Sequence record: NC_070952.1
DNA length: 64,000 bases
Strand: one strand, 5' to 3'
Part shown: positions 1 to 8,851 of the stretch, piece after piece
Layout of the letters: the number at the start of each line of letters is the position of its first letter
How positions within the stretch are numbered: position 1 is the stretch's first letter
Program-made: the position numbers and the translations under genes
Notes under the pieces: generated by a model
The model's input: the letters and a program-made list of their open reading frames with translations, nothing else
Databases searched by the model: none
Told to the model about the DNA's origin: nothing

Positions 1-1314
1 ATCGCCGTTGTTTTGACGAACAAACAAATTGAAGTGAACTTCATCGTCGACTACTGTTCCAAGACCCGCAGTGACTCGAACCGGCAGTACATCACTTCCT
101 ACCAGGATAGAATCTTCAAAGGGAACAGATTTCTCAATTCCAAAAGGAGACAGATCAACACTACCCGTTAAGGTCAACGTGTTTTGCTGATGAGGGTTCG
201 GAACCACTTTACGCGACAGAATGATCTTGTTACCAACAACACCTGATTCACACCCGCTGGTTACATCCGTTAAATGAAAACCAACCACCGGTGTACCGTC
301 TTTCCAGAAAACGTGAGCATAGAGTGTTTCTTGTTTTCTTTTATAGGTGTGGCTGTCGATAACGATATTGATATCTGTCTGACCGTTACTCCAACGTTTA
401 ATTGGCGCACTACCTGTCAGGAAGATAGGAGCATTTTGATTGCTGACTTCATTCAGGTGTAATTTGATCTTCGCTGTACCTTGGTCTTTGACATCAGAAA
501 TAGGAACATCAAAATGGATAACACCATCAATGATCGAAAAATCTTGAATCTGGTTCGCAATCCCATAAGTCCCGTTATCAAATTGGAATTTTACCGGCAG
601 GTTTACCGTGACCGTGGTATTAGGGTCAGCCAGGACAACAGAAACCCCTAACAGGTTTTTACCAACCTGAGTGACCTCTACTACAGCGTCATTGGTTTTA
701 ACTTTCGTTCTGGCAACCCAGTTATATTGCACGCCGTCTACTTCAGCTGCACCCATGACTGCATACGTTTCTTCTCCTCCATTATTAATCGGAGTATAGA
801 ACGCATAAGGGATACGTTTCTCTTTGGACGGAATCGCTACAGCGACGCCATCGATTTCACGAGTGGCTTTAAGTGCTAATGGATAACGCAGAAGTTTACC
901 TTCGGTGGTTCCAACTTCAAAACGCATTACACCACCATCAAACGTGATTGGAGTAACCGTTAATGGTGATGGTCCTGGCAGAGTAACATAGAACCGAACT
1001 GGAATGGTTTCGCCGTCCACTACGCCTGAAGTTTGCAGAACCAATTCAACAGGTCCAGTGATGGGGGTCAGTTTGATGTCAAACCAATACATCCCGGTCA
1101 GTGGATCGTAGTATTCATTGAAAGATGTTGCGTTCCCGCCAGGTAGATTATTACCGGACATAAAGGAACGGGAAATAGTAAGACCATCAATGGGTGATTT
1201 GTCATCAGCCCAAACAAGTAAACACGCAACGGTAAGAATATCGCCGGTCAATGCCCCATCGGTTCTGAAATAAATGTCACGGCCATTCACAGCGACTTTC
1301 GCTTCATTGTTCAT
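1..1314 (-). CDS. Beta-rich putative virion structural/fibre protein, partial (runs off the window edge)
   Basis: Hand translation: ATG at 1314, 438 codons with no stop to position 1 (MNNEAKVAVNGRDIYFRTDG...FWKDGTPVVGFHL...). Val/Thr/Gly-rich, Ig-like character. Absent from the supplied ORF track. Confidence 0.7.
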   Translation of the reverse strand, partial: MNNEAKVAVNGRDIYFRTDGALTGDILTVACLLVWADDKSPIDGLTISRSFMSGNNLPGGNATSFNEYYDPLTGMYWFDIKLTPITGPVELVLQTSGVVDGETIPVRFYVTLPGPSPLTVTPITFDGGVMRFEVGTTEGKLLRYPLALKATREIDGVAVAIPSKEKRIPYAFYTPINNGGEETYAVMGAAEVDGVQYNWVARTKVKTNDAVVEVTQVGKNLLGVSVVLADPNTTVTVNLPVKFQFDNGTYGIANQIQDFSIIDGVIHFDVPISDVKDQGTAKIKLHLNEVSNQNAPIFLTGSAPIKRWSNGQTDINIVIDSHTYKRKQETLYAHVFWKDGTPVVGFHLTDVTSGCESGVVGNKIILSRKVVPNPHQQNTLTLTGSVDLSPFGIEKSVPFEDSILVGSDVLPVRVTAGLGTVVDDEVHFNLFVRQNNGD

Positions 1315-1370
1315 AAATCCTCTTCTATAAAAAGTTCTAAATTCGTGCTGAGCATAGAATTTTCATAATG

Positions 1371-1395
1371 GAGAGTTGGGGGTTACCCAACTCTC
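1371..1395. terminator. Hairpin downstream of nrdB
   Basis: GAGAGTTGGG-ggtta-CCCAACTCTC, perfect 10-bp stem. Confidence 0.55.
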
Positions 1396-1408
1396 TCACT
1401 ATAGTTAA

Positions 1409-2539
1409 TTACAGTTGGAAATCGTCGAACGCATCAGCGGAAACTTCGGAATCAATCTGCCCAACCAGGTAAGATGATACTTCAACTTCCTGAGGAGCCA
1501 CCTGAACGTTGTCAGAGACCAACCAGGCATTGATCCATGGGATTGGATTAGAGCGGTTCTGATAAGGCATATCGAGACCCACAGCACTCATACGAATGTT
1601 GGTGATATATTCGATGTACTGACAGATAATATCTTTATTCAGACCGATCATGGAACCACCTTCAAACAGGTAATCTGCCCAGTCTTTCTCTTGCTCTGCA
1701 GCCAGTTTGAACATCGCTTGAACTTCATCACGACATTCTTCAGCAATCTCCTGAAGTTCAGGGTCGTCACGACCTGTCCACATCATATTCAGCATGTGCT
1801 GAGTACCGGTCATATGGAGCGCTTCGTCCCTGGCAATGAGCTTAATGATCTTGGCATTACCTTCCATCAGCGAACGTTCGGCAAACGCAAATGAACATGC
1901 GAAGGAGACATAGAAACGAATGGCTTCCAAGGCATTAACAGAATGCAGACAGATATAAAGTTTCTTCTTCAAATCCCGCAGAGAGATGCGAACTTTCTCA
2001 CCGTTGAAGACATGGTTACCTTCGCCGAACTGCTGCCACAGCTGAACCAGGTTAATCAGCTCGTCATAATACTTACTGACTTCAGCAGCACGGGCTACAA
2101 TGTGTTCATTACCCACAATGTCGTCAAAGACGATCGATGGGTCGTTAACGATGTTCCTGATGATGTGAGTATAGGAACGGGAGTGGATCGTTTCAGAGAA
2201 CGCCCAGGTCTCAATCCAGGTTTCCAGTTCTGGCAGAGAAACGATAGGAAGCAGACAAACGTTTGGACCACGGCCCTGAACTGAATCCAGCAAAGTCTGG
2301 TATTTCAGGTTTGAGATAAAGATGTGCTTTTCATGATCGGGAAGGTTTGCGTAGTCGATACGGTCTTTAGAGACATCGACTTCTTCCGGACGCCAGAAGA
2401 ATGACAACTGTTTCTCAATCAGCTTTTCAAAGATCTCGTACTTCTGCTGGTCGTAACGCGAAACGTTAACGTTCTGCCCAAAGAACATGAACTCTTCTAA
2501 CTGGTTGTTTTTGTTGGTATCAAAAGTACTGTATGCCAT
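1409..2539 (-). CDS. nrdB: Class Ia ribonucleotide reductase beta subunit
   Basis: Very E. coli NrdB-like: [17 protein letters not shown] (radical Tyr), [18 protein letters not shown]-terminal [19 protein letters not shown]. Confidence 0.98.
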   Translation of the reverse strand: MAYSTFDTNKNNQLEEFMFFGQNVNVSRYDQQKYEIFEKLIEKQLSFFWRPEEVDVSKDRIDYANLPDHEKHIFISNLKYQTLLDSVQGRGPNVCLLPIVSLPELETWIETWAFSETIHSRSYTHIIRNIVNDPSIVFDDIVGNEHIVARAAEVSKYYDELINLVQLWQQFGEGNHVFNGEKVRISLRDLKKKLYICLHSVNALEAIRFYVSFACSFAFAERSLMEGNAKIIKLIARDEALHMTGTQHMLNMMWTGRDDPELQEIAEECRDEVQAMFKLAAEQEKDWADYLFEGGSMIGLNKDIICQYIEYITNIRMSAVGLDMPYQNRSNPIPWINAWLVSDNVQVAPQEVEVSSYLVGQIDSEVSADAFDDFQL

Positions 2540-2726
2540 GATGATATAAGTCCTGTGGTGTAAGTTAAATTTGGTTATCTAATAATTAGACTCTACTTAA
2601 TAATTTATTTTCTAGTGAAGCTTATATTATTTACTTAGGGTGTTACCGGAGGTGAGGGTAGGGAGGATTTGTATAATTAGCGATTACGCAGTAATCATCC
2701 TTTTTGTTTTTCAGGTGTATATCTTT

Positions 2727-2755
2727 TCAGGCTGACATTATCCACTTGTACAAAC
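2727..2755 (+). promoter_or_regulatory. Phage-specific (putative early) promoter motif, copy 1
   Basis: TCAGGCTGACATTATCCACTTGTACAAAC; matches seven other intergenic copies. Confidence 0.7.
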
Positions 2756-2785
2756 TCACTTATTTATTTTAGGGGAATCTTTATC

Positions 2786-3151
2786 ATGGCTCATTATTTC
2801 GATATCCATCTCATTGACAAGAATCTTGTCCAAGGGATACTGGTAATTTCTTTTACCGAAAACAGTTCTTTTGAAGAGAAGATGTTTCCTGTATTGCAAA
2901 TTGTTCGTTGTGGTTTCAATGAGGTATTCCGTCGTTATTTCAATGTTAACTCAGAATGGGATACCAGCTATTTTGTAGTCAAAGCCGGTTATATTCGTTT
3001 TCTAATTAAAGAACTCAAGACCGAACTTGCTAAAGGGGACGATGGCGAAATCTATGATCTTGATAACTATAATAAAGTTTTAGCGTGTTTAACCGAGTTA
3101 AGCAAAAACCCGGACGAAGATGCCACCTATCTGCTCTCCTGGGAAAAATAA
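2786..3151 (+). CDS. Hypothetical protein
   Basis: 121-aa ORF, SD AGGGGA, first gene after promoter motif. Confidence 0.7.
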   Translation: MAHYFDIHLIDKNLVQGILVISFTENSSFEEKMFPVLQIVRCGFNEVFRRYFNVNSEWDTSYFVVKAGYIRFLIKELKTELAKGDDGEIYDLDNYNKVLACLTELSKNPDEDATYLLSWEK

Positions 3152-3249
3152 AGGCTTTCTTCAATTAGCAAGATAATAAATTAACAGGAACCCCATCTAT
3201 TGCAACATGTCCCCATCATTCATTATCTCGATACATAAGGATAGATATC

Positions 3250-3729
3250 ATGGCTAAGAAAGTATACACTCAGTACACACTTCCAATCACTGATGCTGAG
3301 AAAGAAGAGATTAAAGGAATTCTCACCCCGATCTACATCCAGAATGAAAAACGTGAAGTGGCTAAACAACTTCACAGCGCCGTTCTTGGGGTAGTAGATA
3401 ACAATCTTCGTCTGCGGGCGCCAAACTACATGTTGGCTGATCATGAAAGCGTTCAGGGTCGTGGTCTGAATACCCAGATCAAACAGGCAGTAACAGATTG
3501 GTATGACGCTCATGTTCTTCGCCTGGGTCCGGATATCAAACCCGAAGATGTCTTTATTCAGATCAGTGAAGACGGTTTGTATATCCTTACCTATTCCGAC
3601 ACTGCAAAAAGTATTATCCTGGATACTAATTTTGAGTTCTCTGTTCCGACGATCAGTTTCCCTGATACCGACATCGGTTTGGTTCGTCAGGTCAATGAGC
3701 ATTTAGAAAAAGAAGCCGCTGAAGAATAA
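3250..3729 (+). CDS. Hypothetical protein
   Basis: 159-aa ORF with AAGGA SD, followed by hairpin. Confidence 0.75.
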   Translation: MAKKVYTQYTLPITDAEKEEIKGILTPIYIQNEKREVAKQLHSAVLGVVDNNLRLRAPNYMLADHESVQGRGLNTQIKQAVTDWYDAHVLRLGPDIKPEDVFIQISEDGLYILTYSDTAKSIILDTNFEFSVPTISFPDTDIGLVRQVNEHLEKEAAEE

Positions 3730-3743
3730 ACCCCGATATGGAA

Positions 3744-3767
3744 AACCGCACCCTTATAGGTGCGGTT
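3744..3767 (+). terminator. Hairpin terminator
   Basis: AACCGCACC-cttata-GGTGCGGTT. Confidence 0.6.
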
Positions 3768-3792
3768 CTAATCAGAGCTAAAGCAAGGAAAC

Positions 3793-4239
3793 TTGATGAG
3801 CATTGCCATTCGAGCTGAAACGTCCATGACGGCAGCTTTTCAAGTGTTGCCGTTTATTGCGACCCTTGATCAATATTATCCCGATGTTTCACACTGGTAT
3901 ATCAATCGTGTCGTTCCTGGTCTGATGACTGGGAATGATAAACTGTTAATTGCTCGCGATGGCAATCATATCGCAGGAGTCGCTCTGGGGAAAAGTACTT
4001 CAGAGGAAACCAAACTTCGTTGTGTCCGTGTTCATCCTGATTACCAGGGTTCCGGTATTGGTGTAAAGCTGATCGACAACATGATTGATCTGTTGGAACA
4101 CGATCGCCCTACTGTTACTGTTTCTGAAGAACTGATTCATCATTATAGTCGTATCTTTGTGAACCGCTATAACTTCAAATTGAATCACGTCTCCAAAGGA
4201 CAATACCGTTCTGGTAAATTAGAGTACCTCTTTAATTAA
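3793..4239 (+). CDS. GNAT-family N-acetyltransferase (probable start ATG 3796)
   Basis: Acetyl-CoA-binding motif A: LRCVRVHPDYQGSGIGVKL. Confidence 0.85.
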   Translation: MMSIAIRAETSMTAAFQVLPFIATLDQYYPDVSHWYINRVVPGLMTGNDKLLIARDGNHIAGVALGKSTSEETKLRCVRVHPDYQGSGIGVKLIDNMIDLLEHDRPTVTVSEELIHHYSRIFVNRYNFKLNHVSKGQYRSGKLEYLFN

Positions 4240-4248
4240 GGAAGTGTA

Positions 4249-4539
4249 ATGAAAACTATTAATATTGATACGTCTTTACTTCGCAGTTTTGTGACCATTG
4301 TTGACGTGGGGACTTTTGCCCTGGCCGCAAAGGAAGTTTGTCGTACTCAATCAGCATTATCCCAGCAGATGGAAAAGCTGGAGAGTGAACTGGCTGTTGA
4401 ACTGTTCCGTCGTATTGGTCGCAATAAAGTCGTGACCAACGAGGGTATGAAGATTTATGATCTGGCAAAAAAGATGTTGGAAATGAATGATGCTATTCTC
4501 CAACAGGCCAGTATCAGTTCAAAACTCACTACTTTATAA
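4249..4539 (+). CDS. Truncated LysR-type regulator, LrhA/HexA/PecT-like wHTH plus linker helix only
   Basis: LLRSFVTIVDVGTFALAAKEVCRTQSALSQQMEKLE...LFRRIGRNKVVT; only 96 aa, no effector-binding domain. Confidence 0.92.
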   Translation: MKTINIDTSLLRSFVTIVDVGTFALAAKEVCRTQSALSQQMEKLESELAVELFRRIGRNKVVTNEGMKIYDLAKKMLEMNDAILQQASISSKLTTL

Positions 4540-4549
4540 AAGGTAAATT

Positions 4550-4954
4550 ATGAAAGTCACCGTTACATTAACAGCCCCTGAACACCACAAAACCAGCCAC
4601 ATGCCGACTGCATTACGTCAGATGTATTATCAGTCTGGTTATGATGAATTGTGTTCATTAATTGACATGACCGGTTATCCTCACAATGGTGGCAGCCATT
4701 CTTGCGCTATCAGTGGTGAACGTGCGGATGTTGTTGGTTGGCTGGATTTGTTCTTGGAAGCTTTCCCGGATACAAAACCGGAGATTGATATCATCAAGCG
4801 CACCATTCGTCGGGAGTTTGTTAATTCTCCATTAACTCATCATCTTCGTATCGACCTGAGCGATTTCACTCGCCAACATGTTTACAAAGGCCAGTTCATT
4901 TCTCGCAAATGGTTTTGGCACGAAGAATATGAGCCAGATTACGTAGAGGAATAA
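4550..4954 (+). CDS. Hypothetical protein
   Basis: 134-aa ORF, SD AAGGT, tight operon spacing. Confidence 0.7.
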   Translation: MKVTVTLTAPEHHKTSHMPTALRQMYYQSGYDELCSLIDMTGYPHNGGSHSCAISGERADVVGWLDLFLEAFPDTKPEIDIIKRTIRREFVNSPLTHHLRIDLSDFTRQHVYKGQFISRKWFWHEEYEPDYVEE

Positions 4955-4956
4955 CC

Positions 4957-5100
4957 ATGAAAGATTTCCTTGAATTTGCTCTTGAAGAAAAGTGGGGATT
5001 TCTGGCATTGTTCACACTACTCTTTCTTTTGTTTACTGTTCCTCCTTATATTGACAGTTTGTTTCCTACTGTCACAATCATTAATATCACAATTGGGTGA
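4957..5100 (+). CDS. Small single-TM protein (47 aa), not in ORF track
   Basis: GAGGA SD; MKDFLEFALEEKWGFLALFTLLFLLFTVPPYIDSLFPTVTIINITIG; fills the gap between neighbours. Confidence 0.6.
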   Translation: MKDFLEFALEEKWGFLALFTLLFLLFTVPPYIDSLFPTVTIINITIG

Positions 5101-5106
5101 TCCCTT

Positions 5107-5487
5107 ATGTCAAAATTGATTAGTTTGTACTTTGATTTAGGACGAGCTGAAATTAAGGCTGAGTCAATTACTGGATTCAGTACTGGATCGACTCAGGGGA
5201 ATGGGTACGTTTATGTTCTTGGGGTAGGAACTCCTATTAAACAAGAATTCGAACGTTCTCGAAAAGATTGGTTGGACTACATCAACCAAGAAAATACCGG
5301 ATCCGACCAGGTCTTTGAATTTAAAGATATGGAAGATAACAATATTGTTGCTCGCCTTAGTGACGTTATCACTATTCGTCAAGAAGGTAGTCATTCATTA
5401 GTGGTAATGAGCGATCATATTCGCATTGAAAGCCGTGATGATTACTGGGACCTAAAAGAGCGTTTTATCAAAGCACTCAGGTCTTAA
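5107..5487 (+). CDS. Hypothetical protein with two tandem ~55-aa beta-rich units
   Basis: 126-aa ORF; both halves show a beta-hairpin-rich pattern ending in a helix. Confidence 0.65.
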   Translation: MSKLISLYFDLGRAEIKAESITGFSTGSTQGNGYVYVLGVGTPIKQEFERSRKDWLDYINQENTGSDQVFEFKDMEDNNIVARLSDVITIRQEGSHSLVVMSDHIRIESRDDYWDLKERFIKALRS

Positions 5488-5528
5488 ACCAAAAGTTATT
5501 CTGCGTACTTAATTTAGAGAGTATCTTT

Positions 5529-5933
5529 ATGAGCGAGCACAAATTTAAATACAACCTGTTAACAAAAGTATGGTCTCGTGTATTAACGAAATCGAATGAC
5601 GGTGATATTCCTTATCAGAACGAGCTCATGTTGACGCCGGCCCCTGATCTTGCCGGTTACCCTAAAACAATGAAAGACATAAAGAAATTAAACTTTGTGA
5701 AATACTTTCATTTTACTCAACCTGAAGAAGTCCTTTATCGACCGACTCTCCCCACCCATGTTATCGATAGTTTAAAGGCTAGCGTCGATGAGGGTATGTT
5801 TGATACCTTGGTCAACTTGAATTTTGATCATCGGTTGATTCACATCAACATGCCTTCTGGTTTCATTGTGGAAGGTAAAGCGTGTGTTCGATTTTGCCGG
5901 GATTTGTTAGAGGGTCCGGACCGTGACTACTAA
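5529..5933 (+). CDS. Hypothetical protein
   Basis: 134-aa ORF in operon. Confidence 0.65.
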   Translation: MSEHKFKYNLLTKVWSRVLTKSNDGDIPYQNELMLTPAPDLAGYPKTMKDIKKLNFVKYFHFTQPEEVLYRPTLPTHVIDSLKASVDEGMFDTLVNLNFDHRLIHINMPSGFIVEGKACVRFCRDLLEGPDRDY

Positions 5934-6714
5934 CAAGATCAAAGATTGGTTCCGTCAAGATAACAAGACCGGGGAGTGGTTCCGTGCTTTGATTCGTGGT
6001 GGTGAAGGTTACAGTCATCAAGTGGAGATCTTATTAGCCCCGGCTGTTAATACCAAAACAGAATGGGATAAAATCGGTGATGTCTTTATCACTCGCCATG
6101 ATGTCCGTTTTATCAAAGAGAAAGATAAAAGCCGCTGGACTCATCATCTCCCTGATGACGTACATGATAACATGTACCGCAACATCGGGCCCAATAAAAC
6201 AGACTTCCTGTTTGAAGGAAACATCTACTCACTGATTGACTGGAATAAGTTTACAAGAAACGATAATCAAGGTTGTCCATTGTCGCTTTGTCGTCGTGGG
6301 TTTAAATGGTATTACGAACAGACCCATCTGATAATGGGTAATGCCATTGTCCGGGAACAAACAGAAGAACAACCCTTCTTATTAATGAACGCGATTCACA
6401 ACACACCCGACATGTTAATGATTGGCGGTGTTGCGGTACGCTTAGTTAACGTTGATTTACTTATCTATGGCTATTATCATATTGTAACTGGGTATGTTTG
6501 TTTTAACCTGGATACAACGATGACTGTAACTGGTGAGCGCCATACCAGTAAGTTCTCTCAACGACTTAAACCGGACTGGCAAAAAGATCTGATTGCTTTC
6601 ATTGAAACGATGAAGGTAAGAGGGGACATTATCGACAGTATCGAAACCAGTATTAAAACGATGGTCGATACCGCGAACAGCAGTCTAATGACTTTCAACC
6701 TTAGCGAATTGTAG
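5923..6714 (+). CDS. Hypothetical protein
   Basis: 263-aa ORF overlapping upstream stop. Confidence 0.7.
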   Translation: MTTNKIKDWFRQDNKTGEWFRALIRGGEGYSHQVEILLAPAVNTKTEWDKIGDVFITRHDVRFIKEKDKSRWTHHLPDDVHDNMYRNIGPNKTDFLFEGNIYSLIDWNKFTRNDNQGCPLSLCRRGFKWYYEQTHLIMGNAIVREQTEEQPFLLMNAIHNTPDMLMIGGVAVRLVNVDLLIYGYYHIVTGYVCFNLDTTMTVTGERHTSKFSQRLKPDWQKDLIAFIETMKVRGDIIDSIETSIKTMVDTANSSLMTFNLSEL

Positions 6715-6722
6715 GAATAAAC

Positions 6723-7181
6723 ATGAAAGAAAAATATGAAGGTATATTGGGAGTAGTATTGCCTGTTCCGTATCTTCGCGATTCAAATACCATCGTTACT
6801 GCGCTTTTTATTGTGGCAGAAGGATCGTTGATTAAATCGGCCGATATTGGTTTTGCTATTAATAACAATAACGAACCAAACATTAAGCTCACTACTAAAC
6901 CAATTGAGAAATCGATTGAAGAGTTGTTAGAAGGATGGGTTCCATCTGGGCGTTGTGGTGAGCTGGATTATTTCCAAGATCAATTGGACGAACTCCATTG
7001 GCTTGGTTACGCGTACATCATGAAAGCGCTGCCAAGTAACTATACCGGCAAGTTACCGCTGGTCATCATGTCTCACCCTATGTACGCCAATCTGGATACC
7101 TGGGAAGAGATCTCTACTGAAGCACTGGTTCGTGAAATCAACGACCGGATTGCTGTTGCCGAGGTGGAAAATGATCGCTAA
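6723..7181 (+). CDS. Hypothetical protein
   Basis: 152-aa ORF, SD AGGA. Confidence 0.7.
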   Translation: MKEKYEGILGVVLPVPYLRDSNTIVTALFIVAEGSLIKSADIGFAINNNNEPNIKLTTKPIEKSIEELLEGWVPSGRCGELDYFQDQLDELHWLGYAYIMKALPSNYTGKLPLVIMSHPMYANLDTWEEISTEALVREINDRIAVAEVENDR

Positions 7182-7641
7182 GTTTTTGTTTGGAACTAAC
7201 CGGATAATTCCGAATGGATTGGAAGATGCCGGAGATTCAATAAAGTATAAAGATACCTTGTTGATGGTTCGCAAACACGATATCTTCCAGCATGCAGATA
7301 TGGCCAAGATCTATCGACTGACTCCGTCCACAGGTGGATTTGTTAAACGCCTTGGGATTCAAGGTGAAGAACTCTTTTACGGTGAATCAGTTTCTTGTCG
7401 GGTACAAACCGATGACTCGATGCTGAAACTCTACCGTGCATTAACTAAACACGGCGACTGGTTTAAACATACGTACGTTTATAATGAGCGTACTCCGTTT
7501 ACTGTCTTCTGTGGTGTTCCGAAAGACCATTACCCTTCTAGCATTGTAAACGATATTGAATGGGTGTCGGTTGAATACAAAGAAATTAAAAATCTGATGC
7601 GAGAAGAGATTCAGACCAGTGCATCTGGATTAGGTTGGTAA
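7171..7641 (+). CDS. Hypothetical protein (start MIAKFLFG)
   Basis: GAGGTGG SD before ATG 7171; track ORF 7132..7641. Confidence 0.65.
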   Translation: MIAKFLFGTNRIIPNGLEDAGDSIKYKDTLLMVRKHDIFQHADMAKIYRLTPSTGGFVKRLGIQGEELFYGESVSCRVQTDDSMLKLYRALTKHGDWFKHTYVYNERTPFTVFCGVPKDHYPSSIVNDIEWVSVEYKEIKNLMREEIQTSASGLGW

Positions 7642-7695
7642 ACAAACATATTCCTACTCTACCCAACTGGGTAGAGTAGGAGCTATGACTTATTT
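7641..7695. repeat. 55-bp hairpin element, copy A (bidirectional terminator-like)
   Basis: aacaaacatatTCCTACTCTACCC-aact-GGGTAGAGTAGGAgctatgacttattt; 53/55 identical to 40836..40890. Confidence 0.9.
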
Positions 7696-7699
7696 ATTT

Positions 7700-8305
7700 T
7701 TAGTCTAACGCTTGAATCTGTTCGATGATATACAAGTTACCTTGGGTGGTATCGATGTTGATGGCTTCGATTGAGAATGTTCCACCACTCTTTGTTTCGT
7801 CATCAATAACATCTGATGTATTCACTGTGATTTTATCCCAATAAATATCACCCATGATTCGCATGACTTCATCTGGGTTTGCATCAGCCTCTGCTAACAC
7901 AATTCCATAGATTGCTTTATCGCGAATAAAGACAACACCTTCTGCTTGTTCTCCCGATTGAACTTTAGCAATGAAGGTATCGGTGTCAGCGTACTCTGTT
8001 ACCGCCACGGAGAACTCCGTAAAGATTTCAGAAACGTCAACGTGTTCGACTAAGATGTCTGCGCGTAAGAATCCCGTCTTACGAGAAACGAAACAACAGC
8101 GAACGATATTATCCTCAAAAGAAACCGGTGGTTCGATTTGGACATCTTTCGCGGTTAACCCTGTATAGCGTGCTTTCTCAAGGTCGAGTTCAGAACTTGG
8201 ACCTTGAGCTTCAAGTTTGGCAAGACGGTCTTGCATAAATTTGCGTGCTGATAAGAACACAGGGTCATTGATCTTTTTGCTGTTGGTGCCTGATACAATG
8301 ATCAT
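7700..8305 (-). CDS. Hypothetical protein, possibly virion-associated
   Basis: 201-aa ORF with AGGT SD; isolated minus-strand gene inside a + strand region. Confidence 0.65.
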   Translation of the reverse strand: MIIVSGTNSKKINDPVFLSARKFMQDRLAKLEAQGPSSELDLEKARYTGLTAKDVQIEPPVSFEDNIVRCCFVSRKTGFLRADILVEHVDVSEIFTEFSVAVTEYADTDTFIAKVQSGEQAEGVVFIRDKAIYGIVLAEADANPDEVMRIMGDIYWDKITVNTSDVIDDETKSGGTFSIEAINIDTTQGNLYIIEQIQALD

Positions 8306-8380
8306 AAACTTTTTACCTATAGCTGAAACTCAAAGATTTGTTAATCCAAACGATTCTTTTCCTTTTAGGTGAAAGGAATC

Positions 8381-8408
8381 TCAGACTGATATTATTAACA
8401 TGTAATTC
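8381..8408 (+). promoter_or_regulatory. Phage promoter motif, copy 2
   Basis: TCAGACTGATATTATTAACATGTAATTC. Confidence 0.72.
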
Positions 8409-8437
8409 AATCAACGATATTAAATTAAGGATCTCAT

Positions 8438-8851
8438 ATGCCACTTGTTCCCGTACATCATCCTGTTCTTGATCATGATTCTGCTATCATTGCTCTTTTT
8501 GGAAGCTATGAGAAATACCGGAATAGTCCTCTTTTAAAAGAGATCAATGAACGAGTTCATTACCTGACCGATTTAAAAAGTATCATCAGGCGTACCATGG
8601 AAAAAGAACATAAGGAAATACCGTGGTGGGATATTTTTAATAAAGGTGTATCCTTAATTGCTTTCCGGGTGTTCTTGCCTAGCTTTGATAAGGACGTTGA
8701 TAAGCTTATATTAAGGTACGGTGTCATGCGTCCCCTTCCTGTTAAGTTCTTTTTAAATGAACTCAACAATGAATTTGGTGTATTTTATCAACAACATAAA
8801 AAGATGTTCGATCGTCTTGGCATAAAGGAGTATCGTTATGATCACCAATGA
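8438..8851 (+). CDS. Hypothetical helical protein
   Basis: 137-aa ORF, AAGGA SD. Confidence 0.7.
   Translation: MPLVPVHHPVLDHDSAIIALFGSYEKYRNSPLLKEINERVHYLTDLKSIIRRTMEKEHKEIPWWDIFNKGVSLIAFRVFLPSFDKDVDKLILRYGVMRPLPVKFFLNELNNEFGVFYQQHKKMFDRLGIKEYRYDHQ

Noticed and set aside
2540-2700. NrdR boxes upstream of nrdB
   Set aside because: No convincing match to the NrdR consensus; only a short GATTAC-gca-GTAATC palindrome of unknown meaning.
4249-4954. LysR gene split by frameshift, with 4550..4954 as the effector domain
   Set aside because: The downstream ORF has its own SD and no LysR substrate-domain character; the truncation looks clean.
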